A stretch of DNA of 64,000 nt from Octopus sinensis (taxonomy: Eukaryota), in assembly GCF_006345805.1 (NCBI RefSeq), contig NC_043011.1, forward strand, positions 46,760,464-46,824,463, written 5' to 3'. A program made the position numbers and the translations under genes. The notes beneath the pieces are model-generated. The model was not told the DNA's origin, made no database searches, and saw nothing but the letters and a program-made list of their open reading frames with translations. Positions 25,312 through 40,029 of the stretch are shown piece by piece; position 1 is the first letter of the stretch; every line of letters starts with the position of its first letter.

Positions 25312-27790
25312 CACACACACATATATATAGAGAGAGATAGATAGATAGATTGATAGATATAGATATATATTGGATATCGAGGGAGATTAATCCAGATTTA
25401 TATTTATCTTCAATAATTCCTTGCACCATAAATTTTTTGAGTGTTTCTATGGCTTTTTTATTCCGTCTTTTTTGGGGTTTTTTTGGGGGGGTTGGATTTA
25501 GTCATTAGACTCTAATCATGATGGGGCTTGTCCTTTGTGGATTTTAGGGACAACTGACATCTCCCTTGCTGCCCAATGACTTGATTATCTTATTTATTTT
25601 AATGTTATCTTTTTGTTTAACTGCTAAATAGTAGAGTATAAACAGTCACAGTATAAATATAGACACAAACACACACACACACACATATACAACAGGCTTC
25701 TTTCAGTTTCTGTCTACTAAGTCCTTTTACAGTGCTTATACATATCTTATTTCTTTTCTCTTGCCTTTTTCAACCACTTGATTGCTGCCCTGCTGGAGCA
25801 CTCCCTTGAAGAATTTTTATTTTCTTTAGTTGAACAAACCAGCCTCAATAAATTTTTCTAAGCCTGGTCCTTATTTTATCACTTTCTTTTACTGAACCGT
25901 TAAGTTACAATGATGTAAACAAACCAACACCAGTTGACAAGCAGCAGTGGGGGACAAACACACACACACACACACATACACATTAGGCTTCTTTCAGTTT
26001 CTCTCTATGAAATCTATTCACAAGGCTTTAGTCGGCTCAAGGCTAAAATAGAAGACACTTGTCCAAAGTGCTACAAAGTGGGACTGAACCCGGAACCATG
26101 TGGTTGGAAAGCAAATTTCTTACCACATAGCCATACCTGTATAAAAGCAAGTGATGCTTTTGGTGTGTTCCTTTATATATTATGACCGACTTTGTGGCTG
26201 AACAAATAAGGATAAACAAAATAAGTTTCACTCTTTAAAACAGAATTTGAACTCAGAACGTAGCGGCAGACGAAATACCACTTAGCATTTCGCCCGGCAA
26301 CCTAACGATTCTGCCAGCTCGCCACCTACATGCAGAAAGATATATTTCAATCTTTAATGAGATCAGCCATGAAATCAAGTCAGAAGATTTTAGATCTCTG
26401 ATTTCCTGTAAAGCTGAAATCAAATGATACTGGCTAACTAATCAATTTCTAAAGCGTGTGTTTTAATAAGAAGTGTACCTTAAGGTGCTGTCCTGGGTCA
26501 TCTTTCCTTTCTGCATAACATTGTCATACAAACACTCAAATATATAGTCAGTCACATACAAAAGCTATGAAGACTATATTGATGTGACAGAAGAAATCCT
26601 GATCAATGATGATATGCTTTTCAAGAAAATGTAGTCGTCACATGCTGCTGGATCAATAACAATACCACCTCTTTCTATTCCCAATATTTCAATGTCCTGT
26701 TATGGAAAAAAGGATCTCCAATAATATATTCTAGCTTGCTTTATGGTGGTGAGTTGGCAGAATTGTTAGCATGCCAGGCAAAAAGCTTCACAGATTTTCA
26801 TCTGTCTTTACATTCTGAGTTCAAGTTCCACCATTGTCGACCCTGTCTTTCATTCTTCTGTGGTTACTATTCGACTCTCTTTTTACTCTTTTACTTGTTT
26901 CAGGCGCTACCATTCCCTGTCCACACTGTTAAAGACTCTTTCGGGTGCAGATTGACCTCACTAGCCATCTGCAGACTCACAAAACATGCCCACCCCTACC
27001 CCATGATGACTAGATGGACTTCGTCACATCGGCAGACAAACAAGAAGGGTCTACTACCCACTTATAGGATTTTTTAGAAGTCCAAGCCTTCCCAACAGCC
27101 AAAAAAGAAAAGAAAAGCATTTATTAAATAAAAAATAAATGATTAAATAAATGAAAACAAGACCATATCTACTAGGAATGTCTTATACATTTACATCAAC
27201 ATTCTTTGGAATTTTGGCTGGAGTGAAATGCTATAACATATATATGGAAGATTCATGAAAATCATGATTAACTTCAGTGTATAAGAGAGATAATGTAAAA
27301 AGAATGGCTAATACTGGCAAATGCTTTCCTCAGACTTTTGAAACAGGAACCTGTACAGCAGCAATGTTGGCATTTAAAAGTCTTTGGTTATACAACTTTG
27401 AAGGAATTTAAAACATGGCTAAAATTTTCCTTGCGATATATAAAAATAAAAACACCTATTTTTCTTTTATTTGTTTCGGCCTTTAGATTGCAGCCATGCT
27501 GGGGCACCACCTTGGAGAGATTATAGTTGAATGAATTGACTCTCTCTTTTACTTGATTCAGTCATTTGACTGCGGCCATGCTGGAGCACCGCCTTTAGTC
27601 GAGCAAATCAACCCCAGGACTTATTCTTTGTAAGGCTAGTACTTATTCTATCAGTTTATTTTGCTGAACCACTAAGTTACAGAGATGTGAACATACCAAC
27701 ATCAGTTGTCGAGTGGTGGTAGGGCACAAATAGACACAAAAATACATGCATACACACACACACGCATAATTATATATATGTGTGTGGGTA

Positions 27791-27822
<32 letters not shown>

Positions 27823-28140
27823 CACACACATATACATACATACAAAGAGCTTCTTTCAGTTTCCATCTACCAGATCCACTCCACTCACAAAGCTATAGTC
27901 AGCCCAAGGCTATAGTAGAAGACACTTGCCCATGGTGCCACACAATGGGACTGAATCCGGACCCATGTGTTTGAGAAGCAAGTTTCTTTATTTCATATAA
28001 TTTGCCACAAGGGCATTACACAGAGTAAGAAGCTTGTGGGCTGGACGTAGGCAAAACGAGATGAAATGAAAACATAATGATAAAGATGAGAGGGATGTCG
28101 GCGCCCACCGACCAACAAGCCCTCGAAGCAAGCTTCTTAC

Positions 28141-28158
28141 CGCACTGCCATCGGGCGT
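28141..28158 (-). CDS. Candidate 18-nt microexon (ACGCCCGATGGCAGTGCG)
   Basis: Acceptor ccctttgttttgtttgtaacctctttcgtag with a ttaac branch-like site upstream, donor CG|gtaaga, length a multiple of 3, unique CpG-rich context. Confidence 0.55.
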
Positions 28159-28489
28159 CTACGAAAGAGGTTACAAACAAAACAAAGGGAGTTAACCTCA
28201 TTTCATTAGTTTCTCAATTAAAGACTGGAGGGCATACACTGACAATCCCAACAAAATTATATGACCCTTTGATGTGTGCTGAGATGACACAGAAGACAAA
28301 GAATATTCAATTCTGAAGGTGATACTGCTTTTTGGGGTTGGCTTTGATGGCTAAGATGAACCGAGGAACTTGTAAACATATGCTATTTCCCCCCCACTTC
28401 TATTCTCACCTAGATATATATTAACTTGCAATCACTTAACTGTCACAGTTTCAGCTACAGCCAATCACTGCTACCACAGCCTCCATCAA

Positions 28490-28582
28490 CACAATTACCA
28501 CCACCACCACCACTGCTGCGGCAACTACTACTACTACTATACTACTACTACTACTACTACCACCACCACCACTGCTGCGGCA

Positions 28583-28623
<41 letters not shown>

Positions 28624-28758
28624 CACCACCACCACTACTACTGCTGCTGCTGCTGCTACTACTACTACTACTACTATACTACTACTACTACTGCTGCTGC
28701 TGCTGCAACTACTACTACTACCACCACCACCACCACCACACCACCACCACCACCACTT
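28490..28758. repeat. Compound (CCA)/(CTA)/(CTG) triplet microsatellite
   Basis: Directly visible. It produces the poly-Y/H/T/V pseudo-ORFs. Confidence 0.9.
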
Positions 28759-28868
28759 CAGACTCAAAGACCATGAAATACTGATGTCCACGTTCCGTTC
28801 TTTCACAAAAAATAGATTGGTGATATGAATGTGTGTGTGTGTGTGTGGTCTGTGTTTTTGTGTGGTGC

Positions 28869-28900
<32 letters not shown>

Positions 28901-29050
28901 ATATACATGCTATATGTACAAACTTGTCTTTCTAAAGCATTTATTGTACATAGCCATATACAAAACATACTTCACATCTCTTCATACATGCTGCCGCAGC
29001 AAACGCACTCATACACATAGACATACACACTCAAACACAGACAGACACAC

Positions 29051-29081
<31 letters not shown>

Positions 29082-31319
29082 AGCAGATATACAAATGCAT
29101 AGACACATAGAGATTTGGTGTAAAAGGTATAATAGATAGGTAATTGAGGTCATATATTTGTTAAAAGTCCACAGAAATGCGAATATGTATGCATTGGGTT
29201 ATTTGAGAATAGACGCAAGAAGAATCTGCTATTAAATCTGTATAAATTATTCAACAGATTAATGCCTGACCAAACACTAATGAGACTAAAAGTCAATTAC
29301 ACACCTTTTGACTATTCTGCAACAAATCTCTCACGTTGGTGTTAAGTCAGTACAATAGATCTCCATTGATTCACCTTGAAAACATTTCAGCTTTAATACA
29401 TATGAAAGCGGAGGTGAGGTGTTGTTGAAGATATAGACTCGATAGAGTGACTTGCAGTATTTAGGTATGTACTGCTGTATTCTAAGTTCAAATCCAATCA
29501 AAGTAGTTTTTGTTATTTATCTTTCTAAGTGGGGTGAGGCCTGATCGTACACTGTTATGGTTCAATTTACATCTAGTTGACATTAGGAAGGACATCCAGC
29601 AGTAGAAACTCTGCCAGATCAGATTGGAGTCTGGTGCAGCTATCTGGTTCACCAGACCTCAATCAAATCCTCCAACCCATGCTAGCATGGAAAGCGGACA
29701 TTAAACGATGATGATGATGATGCATTAATAGGAATATAAATCAACTGCTATGCTTGATTGGTCCTATATTTCATTGATGTTATATGATTGGTACTATACT
29801 TGTTTTGGACCTCAGAATATTGGTTTCAAATTTTGGCACAAGACCAGCAATTTTGGGGAGGGAGTAGGTCTATTCCATTACTCAACTTGTACTTATTTTA
29901 TCGACCCTGAAACAAATTAAAAACAGAGGTGACCTAGGCAGAAGTTGAACTTAGAACGTAAAGATGGACAAATTGCTGCTAAGCATTTTGTCTGGCATAC
30001 TACTTTTCTGCCAGCTCACATCCTTATCAGTGGCAGACCTGAAGTGGGGGGCGGGCTGAGAAGCATGTGTCCCCCTCGAAAAAAAGAAGTGCACCCTTCT
30101 AAATAATGTTATTACACCCTTTTCTCCTGTAATTGTATTCCCTTCTGACCTTGTGCTCTTCCTTCGAAAAGTTCCTGGGACCATACCTGCTTATGATATG
30201 GTCCCAGAATATTGAAAATAAAAGTGAACACAGGTGGAAATTGTATCCAGAATGTAACAGATAGGAAGGCAGTGGCTGAAACACACTCGATTGCAAGTTT
30301 ACTGGACCAATGTTGACTGGAAAACAACAACAGCAACAAATCGGAGACAGATGATCAAATACAAAGGATTACCCTTAACATGACTGGCTTACTGGTTTTG
30401 GAGACAAATATTTGGTGTGATCCTCCTTCATATAATCCCCATTTGGGTGTCACCATCTCACCTGTAGCACAGCAGCATATTAACCTGAAGTGGAATTAGA
30501 TCTTGAAACATCCTGATTTTATTTTCAAGGTCATTTGGGATATTGCTGTTGAAGGAGATTGTAGTTTTAACTTAAACCATGGTGCCAAACTTGTCTTCTA
30601 ACCCATATTTCATCTCAAAAGTGATATCATTAATTAGCATTAATCTGACCTTCATGAGTAAAACCTCAATATTGTCCAAAATATTGACTAAGTACTTAGG
30701 AATATCTTACAGATTGAGTACAGTTCACTAATTGACTTCAGATAATTGCTATTTGATTTGAACGTCATTATTACAATACCATATTGGGTGATGAGCTGGC
30801 AGAACTGTTAGCAACCTGGGCAAAATGCTTAATGGCACTTCACCTGTCTTAATGTTCTGAGTTCAAATTCCACTGAGGTCGACTTTGCCTTTCATCCTTT
30901 CAGGGTCAATAAATTAAGTACCTGATGAGGATTGGGGCGAATTTAATCAAGTTAATTCATCCCCCAAAATTACTGGCTTTGTGCCAGAATTCGAAATCAG
31001 TATTATAACAATCTATATGTGTGTGTGTATGTATATACACAAACACACACACACATATATGATGGGCTCTCCAATCGAAGATGACGTATGAGCATTCAGC
31101 TTTGCCAAATGACCTGCACAAATGATTGTTTATAGTGATCAATTTGACATTGTTTGAACAGCTGCACCATGTACCACATGTCAGATGTGGAAGTGGTTGC
31201 AGAACAACATGAGATAAAGTGTTTTGTTCAAAAAACACAATGCAGTACCCAGTCTAGGAATTGAAATCACGATCTAATAAATCGTGAAACACCCTGATCA
31301 CTAAGCCATGTACCCTCCC

Positions 31320-31506
31320 TACACATTTTTTCCTCTCTCTCAATTTTTTTCATTCTCTCTTCATTTTTTCTTCTCCCCTCAATCCTTTCTGTTGAAGAGT
31401 ATAGGCTCAAAATGTCAAAGACTTTTCCATTCTTCCCAAGCATCAAACTAATACGTCTGATTGTTGTTCCTTCACCTGTCTTTGTCTCTTGTTTTCCGTA
31501 AATTTG

Positions 31507-31510
<4 letters not shown>
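31320..31510 (+). mobile_element. Short PLE-like element with degenerate HHR (31385-31420)
   Basis: cttt CTGTTGA a gagt atag gctc AAAA tg TC aaag. The 3' end runs directly into (TA)n at 31510. Confidence 0.55.
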
Positions 31511-31561
<51 letters not shown>

Positions 31562-31694
31562 TATATATGTGTATGTATATGCATATATACAATATGTGTA
31601 TGTATATGCATATATACATATGTATGTATGTATATGCATATATACATATATATGTGTGAGTGTATGTATACGCATATATATACATATATATATG

Positions 31695-31768
<74 letters not shown>

Positions 31769-31953
31769 TATATATATATATATGTGTATATATATATATG
31801 CATATATATTAATAAATGTATATGTATATATATATATATATATATATTATAATATATATACATATAAATGTATATGTGTATGTATATATATATATATATA
31901 TATATACATATATAAATTTATACACACTATATAATGTATATGTATGTGTGTGT

Positions 31954-31987
<34 letters not shown>

Positions 31988-32879
31988 AATAAATGTATAT
32001 GCATGTATATAATATTTATGTGCATGTATATATTATATATGTATATGCATGTATATAAATATTTATGTATGTATATATATATATTATATATATATATATA
32101 TATCTATAATATATATATATATTATATATATAATATATAATTCTTATGTTTGTATCACCAGTCTTAATTGCATACCTTATAGAACAATAGCCTTGATGGA
32201 CAAAAAAATGAAGGTAGGTGAAGAGGGGTGGGGGACACACATTCACAGAGCTAATTAAAAATTTATGAAACAGAAACAATAACTTTACCCCCACCACATC
32301 CAGGTGGATGTGGGGGGTGGTAAGGTTATTGTTTAAACGAAATAAAATATAATTATTAAGGATTAATTGCAAATGTGCACTACACGTATTATGTGCATCA
32401 TTGTTGCAGTTTGGGATAGAGTAGCAGCACTGATGACAATGAGGGGAGCGTGGGTGATGGGTGGTAGTCGTAGTAGTGATGGTGGTGGTGGTGGTGGTGA
32501 TGGTGCCATGCGGTGGATGACTGGTGCTGTGGTATTAGAGGAGGGTAAAGCAGGATGATGGTGATGGTAATCTGTGGGGTGGGGTGGATGTTTGGGAGGG
32601 GAGCAGTGGTGACGGTGATGCTCAGTGAGGATAGTGGGCGGTGGAGTGTGACGGTAAAGTGTGTCGTAACTGATGGTAGTGGGGGGGGGGTGAGAGTGGT
32701 GGTGCTGCATAATGGTAATGGCACTGGGGTTGTTGGTACAGTTACATCAACATTATCAAGAATTATTGGGAGAGTGGGGGGGGGGCTATGATGGGCAAAT
32801 GTTTGGGTAGGGTGGGGTTAGGGGGGAGGTCAATCAATTTTCAGATCACTGATGTACCCCACTCTGTGTATAACCCCAC

Positions 32880-33335
32880 TCATCATCCTCATCATCATTG
32901 TCATCATCATCATCTTCTCTATCATCATCATTGTCACCATCATCATCATCATCATCATCGTCATCTCAATCATCATCATCATCATCATCGTCATCTCAAT
33001 CATCATCATCCTCATCATCATTGTCATCATCATCATCCTCTCTATCATCATCATTGTCACCATCATCATCATCATCATCATCATCGTCATCTCAATCATC
33101 ATCATCATCATCATCGTCATCTCAATCATCATCATCCTCATCATCATCCTCTCAATCATCATCATTGTCACCATCATCATCATCTCAATCATCATCATCA
33201 TCGTCATCTCAATCATCATCATCCTCATCATCATTGTCATCATCATCATCCTCTCAGTCATCATCATTGTCACCATCATCATCATCATCTTAATCATCGT
33301 CATTATCATCATCAACATCATCATCATCATCATCT
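32880..33335. repeat. (CAT)n-based minisatellite with higher-order units
   Basis: Recurrent cattgtcaccatcat and cgtcatctcaatcat variants. It gives poly-H/S/I/M ORFs in several frames. Confidence 0.9.
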
Positions 33336-33609
33336 CAGTGAAACTACCACTTCAGGTATTATTTTCATTTTATTTTATTTCATTCCTTTTTTTTTCTTTT
33401 TTTTTTCTTCTGTCATTGCAAAGACATTCTTCCTCAACATTCTTCTACCCCCAGAGTTCATAAGCCCCCCCCCCCACAGCAGGAAACAATTGATTTATCA
33501 CTCTCTCTCACTCATACTTAAGAATCCTTTAATCGCCTTCCTTCTACATCTTCTTTCTTTAAATCGGTTATCACTTTCGACTGCAAGCAATGTTGTTACA
33601 TCAACAGCA

Positions 33610-34610
33610 CAACAATAACTACAACTTCTACCACCACCACCACCACTACCGAAACCAATACAACCACCACCACCACCACCACAACAACCACAACCACTAT
33701 AACCACCAGCAAAATCGCCACCATCACCACCACCACCATCACCACAACTACCACTACAACCACCAGCAAAACCACCGGCAAAACCACAACCTACTCCACC
33801 ACCACCACTACCACAACTGCAGCCAACACAACCACCATCACCACCACCATTATAACACCACAATCACTGCAACCACCACAACAATCACAACCACCAGCAA
33901 AATCACCACTATCACCACCACCACCATCTCCACAACTACCACTACAACCACCGGCAAAAACCACCACCTCCACCACCACCACCACCACCACCACAACTGC
34001 CGCCAACACGACCACCATCACCACCATCATTAAAACACCACAATCATTACAACCACCACAACAACCACAACCACCAGCAAAATCGCCACTGTCACCACCA
34101 CCACTACCATCACCACAACTACCAATACAACCACCGGCAAACCACCACCTCCACCACAACTGCAGCCAACACAACCACCATCACCACCACTGTTATAACA
34201 CCACAATCATTACAACCACTACTACCACCAGCAAAATCGCCACCATCACCACCACCACCATCACCACAACTACCACAACCACTACTACCACCAGCAAAAT
34301 CGCCACCATCACCACCACCACCATCACCACAACAACCACAACCACTACTACCACCAGCAAAATCGCCACCATCACCACCACCACCACCACCACAACAACC
34401 ACAACCACTACTACCACCAGCAAAATCGCCACCATCACCACCACCACCATCACCACAACTACCACTACAACCACCAGCAAAACCACCACCATCACCACCA
34501 TCATTAAAACACCACAATCACTGCAACCACCACAACAACCACAACCACTACAACCACCAGCAAAACCACCACCACCACCACCACCACCAACAGCAACAGA
34601 ACAAACCCCC
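33610..34610. repeat. (CAC/CAA)-based minisatellite with ~63-bp and ~190-bp units
   Basis: Repeated ccagcaaaatcgccaccatcaccaccaccacc unit. Units shift frame at ccattataacacc / cattaaaacacc. Confidence 0.9.
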
Positions 34611-34869
34611 AAACCACTGCCACAACAACCCTTAATAGGACATCTATCATTCCCTTTTTACCATTACCAGCAAGACCAGAGCACCATCTCCTTCACCACC
34701 ACCACTGCTACCATTGCAATTATTGCTATCATCAATCACCATTACTGATATGACCATACCATCACCACCACTACCACCACCACAACATTACTATCACTAT
34801 CTGCATCAGTACCACAACCACTACTAACATCACCACCAAGAACAGCAGTATCACTGCTACAACTACTGG

Positions 34870-35011
34870 CAGTGACAGTGGTGTTGGTGGTGATGGTGGT
34901 GTTGTTCATAATGGTCTTAATGGTAGTTGTGGTGGTAGTAGTAGTAGTAGTAGTAGTGATGGCAGTGTTGGTCATAATGGTCATGGTAGTTGTAGTAGTA
35001 ATTGTAGTGGC

Positions 35012-35073
<62 letters not shown>

Positions 35074-35260
35074 CAGTGTTGGTCATAATGGTCTTGGTAA
35101 TGGTAGTAGTAAGAGTAGTTGTAGTGGTGGTGGTAGTAGTAGTGGTAATGATGGCAGTGTTGGTCATAATGGGGTTGGTAGTGGTAGTAGTGTTGGTGGT
35201 GGTGTTAATGGTGGTGGTACTGAGTGATAGTGTTTGCAGCAGTGGAGGGAGTGTCAGTGG
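34870..35260. repeat. (GTA/GTG)-based minisatellite
   Basis: Repeated ggcagtgttggtcataatggtc unit with (GTA)n runs. Confidence 0.9.
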
Positions 35261-36655
35261 TGGGAGTGTTATTATATTCGTCATAAAAATTAAGGTGGCA
35301 CACTAACAGAGTCGCTAAGCACACTGCACAAAATGCTTATTGGCATTTCAACCAAATTTATTTTCTGTGTTCAAATTCTGTTGAGGTCTGCTTTGCCTTT
35401 CACCCTTTCAGAGTCAATGAAATAATTACCAGTTATATTCTGAGGTCAGTGCATTCAATCTAATCAACAAGGCCCCGCCTCCCCTCCAACATTTCTGGCC
35501 TCCCAGAAAGAGTTGCCACTATAATATAAATTATTATCATTGCAGGGCAGCAAGCTGGCAGAATCGTTAGCCCATTGGGTGAAATGCTTAGGAGTTTTTC
35601 ATCTAGCGGTGAGCTGGCAGAAACGTTAGAATGTCGGGTGAAATGCTTTGCGGTATTTTGTCTGCCACTACGCTCTGAGTTCGAATTCCACTGAGGTCGG
35701 CTTTGCCTTTTATCCTTTCGAGTAGATTAAACAAGTACCAGTTAAGCACTGGGGTCAATGCAATCGACTTAATCCCTTTGTCTGTCCTTGTTTGTCCCCT
35801 CTGTATTTAGCCCCTTGTGGGTAGTAAAGAAATAGTTATTTCGTCTGCCGTTACGTTCTGAGTTCAAATTCCACCAAGGTTGACTTTGCCTTTCATCCTT
35901 TCGGGGTCGATAAATTAAGTACCAGTTACACACTGGGGTCGATGCAATCGACTTAATCCCCTTATCTGTTCTTGTTTGTCCCCTCTATATTTAGCTCCTT
36001 CTGGGCAATAAAGAAATAAGAAATTATTATCATTGCAATGTAAACCTCCACACAAATTGTTGACTATTATTGTGATGTTTGTATCATTTATGCCCATGTG
36101 GCTAATAAAAGAAATTATCATTATTGTTATCATTATTATAGGAGTAGCTGTGGGGTAAGTAGCTTGCTTACCAGTCACATGGTTCCGGGTTCAGTCCCAC
36201 TGTATGGCACTTTGGGCAAGTGTCTTCTACTATAGCTTCAGGCTGACCAAAGCCTTGTGAGTGGATTTGGTAGATGGAAACTGAAAGAAGCCCATCGTGT
36301 GTCGTGGCCATTTGCCAGCCTCATCTGGTCCCTGTGCCGGTGGCACGTGAAAAGCACCCACTACACTCACGGACTGGTTGGCATTAGGAAGGGCATCCAG
36401 CTGTAGAAACATTGCCAGATCAGACTGGAGCCTGGTGCAACCTCCTGGCTTCCCAAACCCCGGTCGAACTGTCCAACCCATGCTAGCATGGAAAACGGAC
36501 GTTAAGCGATGATGATGATGATATAAATATATATATATATATATATTTATATATAGCGGATCCAAACAAAGATGAACAAACAAGAAAAAAACAATAATGC
36601 AAGGATGTGGTACAAGTACTGTATTATCAGATGCTCAGGAAAGGAAGGAAAGAGG

Positions 36656-36690
36656 ATTTAATGTTTCGAGCCTTGCTCTTCTTCAGAAAT
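36656..36690 (-). ncRNA. Minimal type-I hammerhead motif in a short PLE-like element (36560-36755)
   Basis: Minus strand: attt CTGAAGA a gagc aag gctc GAAA ca TT^ aaat. The core is intact and stem III is minimal. Confidence 0.65.
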
Positions 36691-37214
36691 AGAGAGAAGT
36701 CCAAAGGAAGAGAAGACGGAAGAAGAAAAATTCGCCAATGATACACACGTGGTAACATTTTGAAGCAACGGGGAGGGAATGGGTGTGTCTCCCACCTCCA
36801 ACATCACTTGACAACTGATGCTGGTGCGTTTGCAGCCCCATAACTTAGCAGTTCGGCAAAAGAGACTGATACAATAAGTAGGCTTACAAAGAATAAGTCC
36901 TTGTGACGAATTGCTCGACTAAAGGTGGTACTCCAGCAAGGCCACAGTCAAAATGACTGAAACAAGTAAAAGAATATTTTTATTAAGGCATTGAACTGGC
37001 AGAATTGTTACTGTGCCAAGAAAACTGCTTAGTGGCATTTCGTCCATCCTTTACGTTCTGAGTTCAAATTCCGCCGAGGGCGACTTTGCGTTTTATCTTT
37101 TTTTTTGCGGGGGGGGGGGGGGTCAATGAAATAAGTTCCAGTTATGTATGGGGGTAAATATACTCAACTAGCTCCTCCCCCCAAATTTCGGTCCTTGTGC
37201 CTTTAGCAGAAAGG

Positions 37215-37254
<40 letters not shown>

Positions 37255-39532
37255 TATTATTATTATCATTAAGGCAGTGAGCTGAGTAAAATGCTTGGCA
37301 GCAGTTCGTCTGCCGTTACATTCTGAGTTCAAATTCCACTGAGGTTGACTTTGCCTTTTATCATTTTGGGGTCAACAAAATAAGTACCAGTTACATTATG
37401 GGGGTCAATATAATTGCCTAGATCCTCTCACCCACCCAAATTTCAAACCTCATGCTTTTAGTAGAATGGATTATTATTATTATTAAGGCAGTGAGCTGGG
37501 TAAAATGCTAAGCAGCATTTTGTCCATCTTTATGTTCTGAGTTCAAATTCTGCCAAGGTCGACCATACTTTTTATCCTTTTGGTGTTGATAAAATAAGTA
37601 CCAGCTAAATACTGGGGTTGAGATAATCAACTAAGCCCCCTCTCCCAAAATTTCAGGCCTTGCACTTATAATATAAAGGCTTATTAGTAGTAAGAATGCC
37701 ACAATAGTGGTGAAGAAGGTGGTAAATAGTGAGGGTGGTTGTGGTAGTGTCACATTAGTGGTGAATGTACCACTTCACTGGGGGACACAGTAATGGTAGA
37801 GTGTTGTAATAGTTGTGGTTTAGGTGGTAGTATTGCTTTGTGCAGTAGTAGTGGTATTATGGCATTAATGGTGCGAATATTGCAATGTCAGTAGGAGCAG
37901 TAGTAATAGTTGGGTATTGTATAAACTGTGATAGGGGTGGTAGTAATGGGGGTGATGCAGTGGTGGTGGTGGTAGTAGTTGCAGTAGGGGAGGAGGTAGT
38001 GTTACATCAGTGATTGTGGATTCACAGTAGCAGTGATGGGAATCCTGCAGTTATGGTTATGGTTGTGGTGGTGGTGGTGGTGATAGTGGTTGTGGAGGTG
38101 GTGTCGGTGGTGGTAGTGGTTGTAGTGGTGGTGGTGGTAGTGGTAGTGGTAGCAGTGACTATCATGGCAGAGGTTGTAGCATAGGTGAAGGTGTGTGTCA
38201 TGGATGTTGAAACCTTAAATACATTTCCTCACAGCATCTCTAGCCTTAATTAGTCAGACACCTTAGGGGTTCCTTAATTGGCAAGAATCATTGAATTTGC
38301 TGTGAATGACGGTGGGGAAGGAAGAAAAGTCTTTTGCTGCTCCCTAAACCTCTCCCAGTTAAATCACATTAAACAACTACAACAAAAAAAAGGGGGTTCT
38401 TTTCAAGCTACATGATCTGCTAAAATAGTAGCGAAAACTCATACAAATAACACGCTACCATTTTAAATAAAGGACATATCCAGTAATGAAATGTGGGATA
38501 GTCATGGCAGGAAGGCATTTGATCATTATTCTGTACAATTGTTTAAAATAAAATCACATAGGCGTAGGAGTGGCTGTGTGGTAAGTGGCTTGCTTACAAA
38601 CCACATGGTTCAGGGTTCAGTCCCACTGCATGGCACCTTGGGCAAGTGCCTTCTACTATAGCCTCAGGCCGGCCAAAGCCTTGTGAGTGGATTTGGTAGA
38701 CGGAAACTGAAAGAAGCCCGATGTATATATATATATATATATATGTGTGTGTATATGTTTGTGTGTCTGTGTTTGCCCCCCTCCGAAAATCGCTTGACAG
38801 CTGATGCTGGCGTTTTTACGTGCCCATAACTTAGTGGTTTGGCAAAAGAGACCGACAGAATAAGTACTAGGCTTACAAAGAATAAGTCCTGGGGTCGATT
38901 TGGTTGACTAAAGGCGGTGCTCCAGCACGGCCACAATCAAATGACTGAAACAAGTAAAAGAGTAAACAGGGCCAACCTGGGGTTGAACAAGAGCAGTAAT
39001 AGCAAGCTGAGGAAAATATCTCTATAGAGTCACTCACACTGCTAGAAATAGCAGCCATAACAAATTGGCTAATGTGATCTTTGATACATTGCATTTGAAA
39101 GATCGAAAAAGATGGGGTGATTTCTGATGGAATGTCTTTTAATCATAAATCAGCTTAAAAAGATTGATTGGAAGTTTAACAACTACAAAAACAACAGAAA
39201 TTATGAAATACATTACTGATATAATATACTTAATGCATGTGCGTTGTTTAAATAACAGAAACTGTGGTATTTTTGTTGAGGAAAAATTCCTTTAAGATGT
39301 ATAGTGCTAAAAAGCACAATATATTTCAGAGCTAGTTGAAAGGAAATTGCCCCAAAAGTGACCATGGGAGCAACAAATATGTATTTTGTTGTAGCTGTGG
39401 CTTCTCAATGTCCCATATTCATTCTCAGAACAAAGTTGAATCCACCGGCTTGAAGTATATGTAGGGCATAAACTATTTGCTAGTTTGCAATGGTGCTGCA
39501 TAAGCAGAAATTAAATAACAGTTAAAGTGTTT

Positions 39533-40029
39533 ACATTATTTAGATTATTTACATTTGACGGATATTTGTCCTTATCTTGTTTGTTGTTAACACAATGTTT
39601 TGGCTGATATACTCTCCAGACTTCTTTAGGTGTCTTGGGGAAATTTTGAACCTGGGTTCTCATTCCTTAGGTATTTTTCGATGTAATTATCATTATTATT
39701 ATTGTTAGTGTTCAGGTCACTGCTAGGAACCGAACTCGGAATCTTAGGGTTAGTAGCCTGCACTAATAACCCCCAAATCCCGAGTTCGATTCCTAGCAGT
39801 GACCTGAACACTAGCATTAATAATAATAATGATAATAATAATAATAATAATATCTAAAAATACCTTAGGAATGAGAACCCAAGTTTGAAATTTCCCCAAG
39901 ACACCTGAAGAAGGCTGGAGGGTATACCAGCTGAAACGTGTTAACAACAAACAAGATGAGGACAAATATCTGTCGAATGTAAATAATGTAAATAATGTAC
40001 ATAATTCCTCATCTCTTAAATACAGAACT
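39533..40029. mobile_element. Head-to-head fold-back element: tRNA-like head, (AAT)n, HHR-bearing tail
   Basis: About 230-bp inverted arms centred near 39762, B box gagttcgattcc, HHR CTGAAGA (39905) ggctgg/ccagct GAAA (39933), and a degenerate HHR on the left arm. TSD-like acagttaaagtgttt (39518-39532) / atagttatagtgttt (40030-40044). Confidence 0.8.

Noticed and set aside
26460-26600. GVPQGSVLGP-like remnant
   Set aside because: Probably an old LINE RT fragment, but too decayed to delimit.
32788-33618. 276-aa His-rich ORF suggestive of a histidine-rich structural protein
   Set aside because: A (CAT)n minisatellite open in several frames, with no signal peptide or splice support.
33498-34612. 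Gly/Cys-rich GGDFAGGSSGCGCC repeat ORFs
   Set aside because: The reading frame shifts between repeat units, consistent with a non-coding minisatellite.
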